DNA of 46,529 bases from Octopus bimaculoides (GCF_001194135.2 NC_068990.1:38560655-38607183), one strand, 5' to 3'; positions 22,974 to 37,250 are shown, counted from the first letter of the stretch. Notes: generated by a model not told the origin, from the sequence alone. Program-made: numbers and translations.

Positions 22974-23175
22974 ATCTGAAGGTATAAATGATTTCATAAA
23001 CATCTTGAGCGTCTGTCGCATTTTTCTATTTTTCTCATTTTCTCCTAAATACGTCTCGCTTGTGTCCGGATTCAAATCCCACACAAGTGTAGCCATTGCT
23101 TCCTTGTAATTATTCTCTCGGATCCTTCCTATATACATATAGATACATACAACCATACATACATACATACATATG

Positions 23176-23233
<58 letters not shown>

Positions 23234-24560
23234 GGTTAGAGACGGGTGTTCTCTATATAGAAAACACTTCGAAATGCTCAAGATATTTGAACTTGAGCCG
23301 GTAGATGAGTAAATGTAATCAGAATCAACATCCAATGTGATCCTCGTAGAATTCCTGATCACACTACTGCCTTCATTTCCACTTAATTGTCTTTTTTCTA
23401 GTTATCTGGAAACAGAGCAAGAAACTACTTCTTAGGCATTGGTTGTCGAATCTAACAGTATTAGAGGCATACAAGAAAATCCTCACAAAATAATAAAAAA
23501 AGAATCCAAGGAAATTTATTTTTAATTCCGGATTGACAAACGTAAGCTGTCTTATTATTTTGGACGAACAAAAGTAAGTGGTGAAATTAAACATGTGAAA
23601 GAGTGATTTGAGACAATCTAATGAGTTTTTAACATATTGTAAAAAGACAGAAGTCCTTTCACTTAATGCCGTAAGGAAAGTCAGGGCCGGTTGAATTATT
23701 GCATGCTCAGTCAAAGTGGAGTGCAGATTATAGTGAGATTCTGAAATGAAATGCCGATGGGGCAACAACACCAAGGCAGCCGATCTGTTGAAACATTTAT
23801 GATGTAATTCATTATTCAGATGAAAGCAAAATCCGGTTCCTGTAGGACCGTATCATATATTTCCATAACAATACCTTCCTATCTTCCTACCTGCCTAAAT
23901 GTATGGGGGTATATTTTCAAATGTAAGTATATATCATTACATATATACACACGCACACATATATACATATAGACATCATGATAATCATATCTCCACAGAG
24001 AGATCATTCGGTTTGTATCAACAGAAAAACGGCCTCCACTTCTCTATACTTACATAAAACTTCTTTCGATATCTGCATAGGAATAAATGACTTTCATAAC
24101 AGGGTTATTTTGCCACTCTGCAATACAATAAGCAAATTAACTAACCGAATGTTTGATCAATCATTCGATTTCTGAAACAACAGTGTTGTCAAAAATAGAA
24201 ACATCTACGTTACCATGCCTGACCTTATTAATAACATGCTCTCGTTACCTCAAGTCTATCTCATTCGAGACATATGGAAAAACAAAGATATGTCATTGAT
24301 GTAGTCCCGAATAGCGAAGAAAATATTTTTGACAAACCCGTTCATTAATTGCTTAATAGAACGATCATTCAACCAGAAGATCAGATAACCGATCCATCAG
24401 GTAATTAGTTCACGAATAATGATATATAAAACTAAAATAGAACCAGTGCGAGTGTTTCTTATTCGCGAAATCACTCGTTCATGACACATCTGTTTTAAAA
24501 TAAGAAGAGAAGATTTACACAGCAACATTCTTGCAAAGCAAATACGGAAATTAAATGATG

Positions 24561-24608
<48 letters not shown>

Positions 24609-25103
24609 ATCCTTTACTTTCTGTGTATACATAGTAGTACCATCCTTTCTAAATGTACATAGAAACAGCAAACATTCTAAATCTATGTAAGTAAATTCAA
24701 CCTGGTTTGATTTTTTTCAAAGACAGTTCGGAATACAATTCTCTCCAAGAGAATGGAAATTGTAAATGGAGGCCGTATTAAACTAGTTTTGAAAGCTTTT
24801 AGACTTAACTAAGCAAACCTTTTAGACTTAACTAAATTTATGATGAGGAGAGCGAGTGTTGTGAATGAAAATTGTGTTTATATGTGCGTGGTTCAAGGTG
24901 GGAGTGTATGTTTCTATTTATGTGTGTTTATTTTTTATGTGTTTTGATGTGAGATTGTTTTATATGTGACATAATTTACTTTTCTTTTTTTGGTGTAAAT
25001 ATTTTAGTTTGAACGAATCCTGCTGTGAGGAATGTGACGTGAGTCGGGGAAATTTAGAAGTTCGCCCATCATTTCCCCCATCTCTCTCTTTCCTACCCTC
25101 TCG

Positions 25104-25142
<39 letters not shown>

Positions 25143-26217
25143 GCATCTCTTTATTTTTTTCTTTCTCCCTCTCTCTCTATGTTTGTCTCAGTTTATATAT
25201 CTATCTCTCTATCAATACATGTTGTGTGTGCAGGTAGGGGTGGCTGATAAAAACATAGCTATTGGTGTATAAAGAGAGGGAGAGGGAGTGAAGGAGAGTT
25301 GAAAGCAACGTTTTATGTAAACTTGGTAATTGGCTAAAGCTTTTAACTGATTTAATACATGGCTGACCTGTGTATTGAGGTTGCGTTTATCGTATGGCCC
25401 ATGCAGGTAATATTGTTGTTTAGTTATATTTGTTGGTTTTGTTACTTCGTGAGGTTTACTTATTTCTTATTAGGTGAAAGGGTGTGGTGGGCTGGATTGA
25501 CTGAGTACATAACGCTGATGGAACCGTATGGTACTTATATTGCTCACCAAGCAAGATTATTCTTCTGATGTTGTTTGTTTTTTATTGTCTCAAGCTATTA
25601 CTAAATGCTGTCTTAGAATAAGATAAAATTACATTCGTTCTTTTCTGTGATTCAAGGCGTTATTTTCCAATTTTGAACATTAAAATTTTTTTCTTCTCTT
25701 CCTTCAGTTATATAAAATGTGTAAAATATATCAAATCTATTTGCTGACATAGCGGTATTATATTATTTTTTCTATCATCAGAAAAATGTGTGTGAGAACA
25801 CAAAGAGTGGGGCATAAGTAATGTGTCATCCAATATGACATTGAAAATCTTTGTTCTCACTGAGTTGCATGAAATGTATGGCAAAAAGGTTGTGGGCTCG
25901 GTATTGATTGAGATACTCGTGGATTTGTTCCTATATTTGTAACATATAACAATCCAAAGTTAGTAGATTTAATTCTAACGTATTATATAGCATACAATTT
26001 ATACTAAAAACCTTGAAAGCATATCTATTGATTAAAGGCATATTTACATGGTTAAACCATGTTTGGTGTTCCTGTTGACATATTATTTTGGGACAAGGCC
26101 AGCTATTCTGAGAGAATGCTTGATCAGTTTTGGCATAAGGATAATCAATAACGCATTCACACACATGCACAAGGATACGCACACATATACATGCACATAC
26201 ACACACACAAACGCCCG

Positions 26218-26256
<39 letters not shown>

Positions 26257-26495
26257 CGGTGAGTGGAAAATGAAAGAAAGAGGCATCCGAAGCATTTAGT
26301 AGGGGCTGCCTTTATTATCATTTCAAGTAGTTTCAGCCGGCCCTGTGCGACTTAAAGATTTGTAGGCTTACAAAATCCTTGGTTGTCGGGCTCAGTTAAA
26401 CGAACCCGACACGCTAGGTTTCTGTAAGAAGCCTACAAAACTTGCCATGGGAGCGAATAAGCTGTCTAAAATAATAATAACAATAATAATAATAA

Positions 26496-26680
26496 GGTCA
26501 TACAAATATATATAACATACAGAACATTGCACTACTGGGCACTGCACACATCCTACGCAAAACACTTTCAATACAGTAACCATAAGAACACCACAGCAAA
26601 CCACAGCACATACCCATGGGGGAACAGAGCTGCACTCGGTAGTGAAGTGAAAGCACGTTATAAAAATAAAACTACTGAAC
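26496..26680 (+). mobile_element. R4/Dong non-LTR retrotransposon 3' end in a TAA array
   Basis: NIQNIALLGTAHILRKTLSIQ* followed by a 3' UTR ending AAAACTACTGAAC(AAT)n. TAA repeats flank both sides. Confidence 0.88.
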
Positions 26681-26739
26681 AATAATAATAATGATAATAA
26701 TAATAAACTGACAAGAAACGGTATAAACATGTATCAAAC

Positions 26740-27300
26740 AAGGCAAAACTACCAGGTCACAATCACCTGGGATATGCCAGTTCAAACTGATAAATAAATA
26801 AAAGCTAATCACACAGATTAGCTTCAAGGATGGGGGAAAACACCTGCTTACCGATAGGCATTGCAGTCCCTTCTGGCCAAAATATTGTCCAAAAAAGAAG
26901 TGGAGAAATTGTCACAATAAAAAGACCACGAAATTTGGCATGATAAAAAAAAATCATATGGACAACATCATAGAAGCTATACCTGAGCCTCACCATTACA
27001 CACTATCCAAAAGATAACCTTGCTAAGAAAAGCCCACATCCTACGCAAGACACTATCCATTCAATATTACCCAATCCACAAGCACAAGACACACTCTATA
27101 TAGCAAATATTCAATAAAATAAACAACTAGCAGCAGGCTTGAACCCCAACAGAACATCATAACTCGCATTACATACACAATACACAATGCAAACACTGAT
27201 TCAACAAAAGAGCGCAACCTGACGCAATACAAAACCGGGAAGGGTTTCCCCTCTTCCAACAACAAAAACAGTACAATGCTGCACACACCCCAGCAACACG
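26740..27300 (+). mobile_element. R4/Dong 3' fragment (REL endonuclease), second family
   Basis: VTITWDMPVQTDK*IKANHTD (for ..NRPD), NTCLPIGIAVPSGQNIVQ/KEVEKLSQ*KDHEI, QKITLLRKAHILRKTLSIQ. Confidence 0.8.
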
Positions 27301-27329
27301 AATGTGTATCAGGTGATTCAGTTGAAATT

Positions 27330-27470
27330 TACCTGTAACTACCAAAATTTAAATGACCCATACCTTGTTTGTCACTGATGTGGAAAATGTTGACGGGCAT
27401 CATATCAAAAAGCATCTATAAGTACCTAGATGAGAACCATCTACTTCCAGTGGAACAAAACTTATTGATA
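27330..27470 (+). mobile_element. R4/Dong reverse-transcriptase fragment
   Basis: IPCLSLMWKMLTGIISKSIYKYLDENHLLPVEQ resembles the RT entry segment RPITCLP.MWKLLTGII...Y.HL..N.LLP.EQ. Confidence 0.75.
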
Positions 27471-28129
27471 TAAGTAAGACAAACAATTAAGTAACTATAC
27501 AGTCGACCTTTCAAACATCTCTGTTTCTGCTGTCTAACAAGCTAACCTATGAGTTACAGACATTGATTGGACCTTAGGCCATGACAAAAGACACGGGTCA
27601 ATGATACTGTATACGAGAATCGAGCCTTAAACCCTGCGATTCTTAAGGTAAATAATTTAACCACTCGGTTACGCTTCAATCTCAACAGAATTCATTTTAT
27701 TTATAACGATATAGAATTTAGGCAAATACTTCTAATGTTTATCAGTATTTTGATCAGAGAGTAAAGAATAAATGTTGAATGCGCATGTTCACATCGACAC
27801 ACCAGATGAACTCACACTTACCCACAAACAATCGCACAAAGTAATCTAGCTACACTGGCTATTCTGGTACCTTCGTTTAATCAGCCTATTTGTGAAGTGT
27901 GTGGCAGAGAAAACAAGCAGCATGTGCCTACGCTTACGTGCTAACGCGTGAATATATTTATACATCCAAATAGATGTGTACACACACACAAACACACACA
28001 CAAACCCACACATATATAATGTATGTATGCATATATATATACATATACATATACGTATGTATATATATATATATATATGTGTGTGTGCATATATATACAT
28101 ATATATATATTTATATAAACATACATATA

Positions 28130-28175
<46 letters not shown>

Positions 28176-29399
28176 CATATATATACATATATATATATTT
28201 ATATACGCACACATGCATGCCTGTATGTATTATAAATATCCGTTTCAAGTATAATTCTATTCTGCAATTGTATTTAATTGCTTCAAGTTAAAAACTAGTT
28301 GAATGATAATTTTCAGTAAGAACACAGCGCAATCTTTTTGAACAATAATAAGAAAAAAGTAAGAACGACATCAACAACATCTACAAAATAAGAACTCGCA
28401 TTTCCCATATGAAAATGAAAAACTTGAAAAGAATTATCTTGGAGGCAGAATAAAGAAAAACTAGTTAAGTTTATGTGCAATTTTTTTTTATTATATATTT
28501 TGTTTTATTTTATTTTACTGTCACGGAGGAAAATAATTCCAAAGTGTAAGTTTTAGTTATTCCTGTTATCTCCAGAAAAGACAATAAAACTAATATTGTA
28601 TAACATCAAAATGAAAGACAAAAATGAGTTTAAAAAAAAACATGTAAAAGAAATAACGTCAATATATATATAAATACAAAAATAAGTAAATATATATTAA
28701 ATAAATGAAGTGGAACAGTAAAATTGAAGCGACAAAAACAAAAAATAAGAGAATACAACATATGCAAATAGCAGGAAAAAAATTATTAGAATTTCAAACA
28801 GAATTTATATCAAGCTGCTTGTTTTAATTTATTTTATTTTTGAATTCTTTTTCACCTTTGTACATTTTATTATTTTTATCGTTAATGTCTTTGTTATCAT
28901 TGTTGTTTTGAGTATTGCTGCTGTTGCTGTTGGTGTTCCTCCTATTGTTATAACCTTTACATCATCATCATCATCATCAACATAATCACGAAACCCATCA
29001 ATGTCATCAGTATCACCATACGCTTCTGTATTCATTTCCTATTTTACTGCATTCATGTTTCTAAATATACATTGTTGAGTTTTAATCCCCCAAGCAACAT
29101 TGACAAACCTTACAATAGTCAACACTCTAGATATTACATAAGCGAAATATCACGCTATTCTCTACATATTTTAATGGTTTTTATTCTTGACTTTCATTTT
29201 TAGCCATCTTTTTTTTTTTTTTCAATTATCTCATATTTTTTTGGGCAAATTTATTTGTATACGGCGTTGTCATTTGTTTTTGAATCTTTTTGTATTAAAA
29301 TATATTTGCCAGTTTAAATATTATCATCATAATCATGTAGTAATCGTTAATCGTTTCCCACCATCTTAATTACCTTCATGATCCTCAACACTGATCCTA

Positions 29400-29450
29400 T
29401 GATCGTGTTCATTATTGTCCTCGTTGTCGTCCTCTCCATCGTTGTCATCG

Positions 29451-29489
<39 letters not shown>

Positions 29490-29515
29490 GCATCATCATC
29501 ATCATCACCATCATC
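29400..29515 (+). repeat. (CAT)n microsatellite
   Basis: Direct reading. It explains the poly-M, poly-D and poly-I ORFs. Confidence 0.95.
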
Positions 29516-31081
29516 CGCAGTGGCGTAAGAAACAGCAGCACTAGCTGCTGTCATATACTTTTTTTTTTTCAATTCTCACTCACCTCACGCTTGCGCATTT
29601 GTTTTTCAACCATTTCGATTTCGAAATCTCAATCTGAACATGTTATCATACGAAATTCTACAGTATGTCAGCTTTCCAATTGTAGGTTTCCGAAACGGGT
29701 CGACGTCGGTCCTTCAACGTATTATTTCAAACAAATAGGTATAGCAGTCGAATCTCAATTAAATCATGCTATATAATCTTAATATTAAGAAAAGGAACGT
29801 TCGTTCAGCCTTTGTTGATATTCTACATTGGTGAGGTTTAACTTGGTGTTAAGATAAATAACAATAGTTACTGATACAGAAGTTTGGTAGCAGGTGTATA
29901 TTAATGGATGTTTATTCCACTGGAAATAGCATAGAGTCATTCAGTTTTAAATAATGGTTTAGCAACTGTTAGTCGTATTATGGAGAGAAATATTTCAGTT
30001 TGGACAATAATGAAAACTATAAATTTGTCGCACAATTTTGACGAAATACTTCTTGTGTTTGTATTTGCTCCATAATGCAGCAGTTTATTCAGCATCAATT
30101 CACTCATTTACATGTCGATTGGCTCATTGAAAAAATAATTGAGTTTAAGAATGTATACAATCATAATTATTCAAAATTTGCAACAGTCATGCTATTTTGC
30201 ACATTATTAATCATCTTTTCTACTATAAGCACAAGGCCTGTTTACACATTATTAATAATTTTCTACGAAGTGTTGGGTACAAAGCGAGATTGATAATGGT
30301 AGGTAGATACAAGGAGAAAGTTTTTTAACAAAAGGGAATCGAATTATCGTCGATAGACAACAAAACTTGGTTAAAAGAAATGTAATCTGCTCTACAACAT
30401 TCTTCACTGTTTGTTAACACTGTACTTGGGTAGACAGAAGATCAGTGTGATAGACTCGTTATCGGGTTACAAAAACAGTGGGGCGAGATTAAGAAGCTAT
30501 CTTGAGACCATTAATCTTGTCCCAATGCTTGCACAATATTAGGCCTTGCTACGGACATACAAAGTCCAAAATGAAAAAAAAAAAAAATTAATTACTTCAA
30601 CTAGCAAAGATCAGGAAAGCCATTCCACAAATTCATACACACACTTCCCTGCAATCTAATATGCTGTGTAGTGTGATCCATCTTGCACACAAGTTGTAGG
30701 GAAATTAACGTCTTACCTACACACTCAATGCTACATTACGACTGAACAGAACAGTTGTAATTTTTATTCATTTCCCAAAAGAATAAACTGCGTAAATAAA
30801 ATGAAATGAATTCAGCTGAGGATTAGAAAGTCGAGCTCATTCTATATTACTGGCTCAGTTCCATATTAAATTGATATAATAGTGGCATAGGGAGGGGTCG
30901 TTGTTGCAGCAATACTTTTGTAGGAATATGAAATAAAAATATTTGAAGTGTATTTTTTTTTCTTTTTTCTCATCACATTATGAGTCTATTAACATTTATT
31001 TGTAGTACATTATACTAACAGTATACGTATATAAATACGTATTCATATAAATACATATATATGTTTTTGTATATATCATTC

Positions 31082-31112
<31 letters not shown>

Positions 31113-31233
31113 TATATGTAAATATATATTTGTGTGGGTAAATATAATGTATATATATATATACATCTACCTATCTATCTATCCATCTATATATATGTGT
31201 GTGTGCGTACGTATGTATGTATGCATGTATGTA

Positions 31234-31285
<52 letters not shown>

Positions 31286-32226
31286 TATCAATTCGTAATT
31301 ATTGTTATTGTTTTTAGTCACACAATTGTCAGTGCCTGAGTTGGTTCAGTGGTTATTATCCAGTCTGTTCTTACGTTAATACTACTCTGTCCAACATGTC
31401 CGTGGTTCTGGAGTTCAAAATAAGAATACCTTGTGTTTTGTGTTTTCTGTTTCAATTTCTTAGAAGCTACGCATAAAAGTACCCACACACACGCGCACAC
31501 ACACATACACACATACACGCACATACACACATACACACACTTCATGTATGCATGCTTCATGTCGTATATGTTGGTGTGTATGTCGGAGAACGTAAATGTG
31601 ACGAAAGAACAATATATATATACACACACATAAATATACATATATACATATATATATATATTTGTATGTGTGAGTGCGTGTATATGTGTATAAATGTGTG
31701 TGTGTGTGTCTGTGTTTGTGCTTGTGTCTCACTGTAACGAACACGAAAGGCGAAGTAAAAAACCAAGACGGCATAGTTTTACAATGCTATAGCGTTTCTG
31801 AAATTGTTCTTCATCCAACAGTGGAAGAAGGAAGAGGGAAGGGAAACAGTTACTGAAAAAGTTGTAGATGAAACAAATATTCGTAGAACAAACTCTGTAG
31901 AAACAACCTCGTGCAGCTAATTTATATGTTGATCGTCAACTGAACGGAATTTGGTTTGTGAACTGAGTTAGATGTTTAAGATAGAAGTGCGTAAACGTGG
32001 ACAGGAACGTGTCTTCTTGCCAGCTGGTGTATATGTGTTTGAGTCTATCTGTCATATGTACGTTCCTTGTATACGTTTTTTGCATGCGATTGTGCATATG
32101 TGTGTTTATTGGGCGTTGGGAGGGAGAATGTGTTTCATATTGTGAATTAGTCCGTATGTGCCTTCGTTGACTACTAAAAACTGGATTGTTGGTTAATGGG
32201 TACTAAGTGTGTGTGTATGTGTGTGA

Positions 32227-32273
<47 letters not shown>

Positions 32274-32559
32274 TGTGTGTGTGGAGATAGGCTAACAATG
32301 TGTTTTATGAATGTTCGTGATACTGCGACCGCGTATATTAGTATACGTCTCCATGTATTTCTGTGTTGACACAGACAAGTGAGTAATTCTGTGTGTGTGC
32401 GTGTGTGTTTGTGCGTGTGTCTAAAAGTGCATGTGATGCATCAAAAGCTGAATGACGTTGGTCTGTAGTTGTAATACAAACATGGATATGCGCGTGTATG
32501 CGTGTAAAAACTTGTGAGAATTTAGCATAAGTGTGCGGAGGAAGTACACATGTAGGCAA

Positions 32560-33340
32560 AGACTAGAGTGTTTATGCGGATACATTCCTTTATAGTACGA
32601 GAGACAAGCGGGATAGGTGGTGCACGGTTGGGGTGTGTGCATGAGTACATGTATGTTGAAAGAGGTGTTAGGAAAGTTGGGTGGAAGTGAATTGACTTCT
32701 AAAGTGGAGAGTTTTGGCGACAAAAATTAAAACGCTCTCCTCTAGAAAGCTTGATGTCTGTGGATTCACTGAGTAACTCTCAACTGGGAGGTCCAAGAAG
32801 TTGAAGCAGTGAGGGAGAGAGGTAGAGTTTCGGATATGAATGCTGCGTGAAACCGGTTTGAAGGATCGACAAGGTGCCACAGAGGGTTTTTTTTTTAAGA
32901 AGGTAGAATTCAAAGTAAAGGAATCAGAAATATTTGCGTTGCAGTGGTTGTATCCTGGGCGAGAGATTTTGGTAGTGAGAAAGGGATAGGTGTGAAAACG
33001 GGGATGGTGAGAAGAGGAGGACCCTGGAAAGGTGGGAAAGGGAAGAACCATGAACCAATAAGTCGCGTAAACTACGGGTACGCTTTAGTGAGGGAAAGTA
33101 CGGATTGAGAAGATGTGTAGTTTAGTCGGATGAAAGAAGACAGCAGTATCATTGGGTAGAGGGGTAAAGTTGAGCAGCGAAACAGGAACCTTGAGGGGAT
33201 GAGGTTAAGAGTGGAGCAAATGTTCAGAAGTGTAGTCGACTTGTCGGGCTTTGGACTAGAGTGGTAGAGTACCCCGTCAAAGGAAGAGACAGACCTTGCC
33301 CTGTGACTGAGACTCAACGTAGTGGTTGTGAACACAGTAT
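32560..33340 (-). mobile_element. Probable Penelope-like reverse-transcriptase remnant
   Basis: C-rich minus strand with weak collinear motifs: ILLSSFIRLNY (LL.L..LVL..N.F), P*FTRLIG (PSYA.LFVG), CFNFLDLPVE (VNFLDL), SYSVNPQTSSFL (TS..YKPTD..SYL). Heavily decayed. Confidence 0.4.
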
Positions 33341-33968
33341 CAATAGCTGCTAACTACTCCAAACAGATGTGACCAGTGAGTGGACAAAGGTATTCTAACT
33401 CACACAATCCTGCCTACATTCTATGTAAATCATAATCAATTCCATTGGCATTACAGACTCTGTCTTTCCTGAACAGGTCAATCATTGAGCTAAGAAACAT
33501 TTCCACGTCACCAGGAGATCAATTTGGACACATTCTAATTCCTTAAAAATGTATATTAATTTTGTTACTAACACTTCTTGCGTAATATAATAACTAGTAT
33601 AATCCATTGCTTAAAATACACGAGAAATAAAAATGAACGGAAGATTATAAAATATGAACAGAAAATATGAACATAAAGAAAATCTATGAAGCTACGTTTT
33701 AAAAATTATGGAAACTATTATCTTCATCAAAGTTATTGCGATATATTTCTGGTGTTTTATTTGAACGTATTCTCGTCTAGCTTGCAGCTAACACGTTTAC
33801 TCTTACGTGCCAAATTTATTTGCAAAAATAGCAAAACTGTATATATATATTCATAATAGTTTTAGTTCCCAGAACTACAGCACATAAGTAAACACACACA
33901 CATACACACACAAAGAAGCACACACGCACAAGCATATATACAAATACATACATATATGTAAAGCACAA

Positions 33969-34005
<37 letters not shown>

Positions 34006-34015
34006 NNNNNNNNNN

Positions 34016-34049
<34 letters not shown>

Positions 34050-34673
34050 ATAAACATTCCAACATTTGTTGTTGCATATATAAACACACAAATACACGCT
34101 CGTATCCATATGTATCTGAGAGTATATTCTTTTTCATGGTTCTTTCATTGTTTTCATGTGGTCATTGTATTTTTTTATACATTATTACTTCATTTTTATA
34201 GACTTTTTATTTTCATATTAATATTCGTTTTAATTGCTTACTTTTTTTTTATTTTATATTTTCCAGTGTGGCAATATTTCTTTTGTAAAGAAACTTTCTC
34301 ATTCATTTCTAAAATAACCATCATACATTATTCAAAATGTAGACAATCTTTGTCTAATAAGTACGCACATTTATATTGTGCACACAGTGACACACATATC
34401 AATGAACACAAACGCGGACATATAGATGTATTTGTATTACATATGTGTATGTGTATGTGTATTTGCGTGTGTGCGTGTGTGTTTATGAGTGTATTTGCCC
34501 GTGTATTTGTATCAGTGTCTATATTCTAACTAACTTTCCTCATTATTCATAAAGTTTTTGGTTTACTTTCCGTCTTATAATTATTTCAGTTATTTCCAAT
34601 TCATTTTCACGCAGGCAAAATTTCCTCGTTAGGTTATAAATATTAACATGTTCTTTAATACCAATATTTTATT

Positions 34674-34742
<69 letters not shown>

Positions 34743-36799
34743 GTTGTTGTGTTTCCAAGTAAGTGACATCGATTCGGAACTCGTAAATTGTTATTGAATG
34801 TGGTTGGTTGAAAGAAGTAATTCTTTTTTAGTAGAACTGTTTCTTCAGTAAGTCAACCATCATTCTCTCAGGCTAACTACCCTTGTGTAATTTTTACTCC
34901 TTCGGGGCGAATTTTGGTAGATTTTACTAGCAGAGTTACGTATTTCTTCAAGTAAATATGGCTTCGGAAATACTGGGCTCAGTTGCGTGTTTTAACAGTC
35001 ACTACAATATTTATTCTCCATTACTCTCTATTAAGAGAGAATGCATTAGCCGCAATATCAATATTAACAAAAACAACTGCGATGAATGCCACACAAATGA
35101 AGAGATAAGAGAAAGTAACACTATTACGACCACCACTGCCACTACTTGTGTCGAACGAATTAGCAACAACAACAACAATGAGCATGAAAAATAGAAATAA
35201 CAAACACTATATTATCAATTCAAGACACCTGAGGATTCTTTCTCCGCTGTCACCACAACTATCAAAAATGACTCAATTGAAAATCAAGACAACACAATTA
35301 TTAGACGCTACATCGTGTCTACGTCATGTGAGAAAAGGAAGTAATTAAATTAATGTCTTAAGAATTACAATATGTTACACCCCTCCTTACAATTTCTAGC
35401 CGAAAGGAAGAATTAACAATTCAAGAATCCATAAAGAAATCAGTCTGGAAATTGTAACTTATAAAATGATATGAATAAAAAGCCGAGAAATAGAACTAGT
35501 GACACATCACCAAACGGAAAATTGCCTCAGAAAGAACATGGGACACCAAAATGTTAAACGCTAGGAGGAAAAATACAACACAGTTGACTTGAAGTTCCGG
35601 AAAGTGTAAGATGGTAGGAAGCACTCCAAAACTCGACTAACAAGTGAAGAATCGGATCTTATGGTAATCTACTTTAGTCGTACAGTTTGAAGAATAAAGA
35701 TTGTTGATGTGCTCAGGTTGTGGGTGAAAGTGAGCCTCGTTTATATGAAAAGAAACATCCATATTCTACAGATTGAGAATCTACAGAAACGAAATTGATC
35801 GGGCCAAGAGTAGGACTATTAATGCAGCAGGCCAAAGACGTATGAAATCTTTCCTAGACCCGATGAATCTGCCAGTTGGGACAAGACTGTATGCGATCGT
35901 TGTGGGAAGTAAGCCACGTCGTCACTAGTGAGGTAGCACAAACCATCTCAGAGCTTTCTGTTCACAATAAAAGGGGGGTAAAAGAAAGACCGACACTTCT
36001 GTCAGCAGCAATAGCATCTTCGTCATAAAGAGCAGCAACACCAGTGGGACAGTCTAGCTATAACATCAACGACGGCATCAACAACAACACTAAAATAAAA
36101 CAAACAGGTGCAAAAACAGTAAAAGGATCCATAACAAAACTTGAACATCAGCTGCAGAATCTTCATCAACAAAAGGAACAAAAACATCGCCCTCAAAAGT
36201 CACCACATCACCACCAACAAATGAATGTCAACATGCAAAAGCACGAAAACAGTAAAACAATGAAAATGAAGGCATGCCCATCCCACTTTGGATCATTGAG
36301 ATGTATCGCGTGGCAAAGATGACAGGGAAGACTGTAAGTGGCAAAAGGTAACAACAAAAACGGAAAAAGAAAACGTAACGCCAAGAACAAGGCTAGATGG
36401 TACCTAGGGTGGGGAAGAAACATCTTTCAGCAATGATACACCAGCCTCATCTCCAAAATCAACAAAATCAATACTACCAACACCATCATCCTCAATACCT
36501 ACACCAGCATCACATTTGCCTCTACTACAGAGACAATGACCATCACAAACTCCAGTAAACCCCAGTATACACACAAACTAAGGACATCGATAATAAATTT
36601 AATTACACTACCATAAATACAAAGCAAAAAGTTAGTGAAACGAGTACATCAACATATAAAAACATTGCGGAGAATAATTACGATTTCATCATACTAAAAA
36701 TCAAAACATTTAAAGAAACCATTCAAACTACTCAAAATATATACGACGCCATAAACACAGATACTCCGATGCAGTACGGGACTTCAAAGGAAACGTTAG

Positions 36800-37250
36800 T
36801 AAAAGTGTTACAAAGATCTGCTTCTCGAAACATCCAGAGCCACCCTGAGGGACGAAATACCTATCTGAAATACCCACCTTTCAACGAACTTACCGAGTGA
36901 AAGTACCTTCTTCTCCAGCCTCACTTTCCTTTTCAGGTGGTACCTATAAAAGTCAATGAGGCCTTAGCCAAAGAGGAATGTACTCGTTTTCAATCCTTTC
37001 AATCGCATCCACCATGCAACCTCTTTTGCCATAGCCACCAGACAGAAAAATTGCTCTGTCTTCCCGGTCAAAGGAAGGAGGCTGGGCGATATTCACAATG
37101 GATTGGACGATCCATCCTACACGTGACAATAACTATTCGACAAAGCTTCACAAGTCAGCGATGCGCGGACACTACGAGAGCATGCAGAAGCGTCTGTAGA
37201 ACTCTGACTGACCCGCCGCAGTCGATGCGTACACTGCGACCAGTCTAAAA
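36800..37250 (-). mobile_element. L1/Tx1-type LINE ORF2 C-terminal fragment
   Basis: CCHC-finger relic (..LLHALV/CPRIADL*SFVE*LLSRVG), SIVNIAQPPSFDREDRAIFL, VAMAKEVAWWMRLKGLKTSTFLFG*GLIDFYRYHLKRKVRLEKKVLS..KFVERWV. Confidence 0.62.

Noticed and set aside
23373-23800. 133 aa minus ORF (YVKNSLDCL, Penelope RT-like) or plus-strand GIY-YIG-like YYFGRTK
   Set aside because: Weak resemblances on opposite strands conflict, and neither is strong enough to call.
25250-25500. CCAAT/TATA motifs, ATG, donor GCAG|GTAATA and acceptor TTAG| giving a 24 aa micro-ORF
   Set aside because: Poor start context and no homology. Such motifs arise by chance in AT-rich DNA. It could still be regulatory, but that is unsupported.
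25793-25860. Two-stem hairpin with an internal loop resembling an H/ACA snoRNA half
   Set aside because: No ANANNA hinge, second hairpin or ACA tail, and both stems need bulges.
35380-35980. Possible Gypsy integrase C-terminus with PPT-like AAAGGGGGG
   Set aside because: Only faint motif similarity across frameshifts, and no LTR follows the purine tract.
36943-36952. Strong TATA box CTATAAAAG
   Set aside because: It falls inside the antisense strand of an L1/Tx1 ORF2 fragment (codons DFYRY), so it is coincidental.
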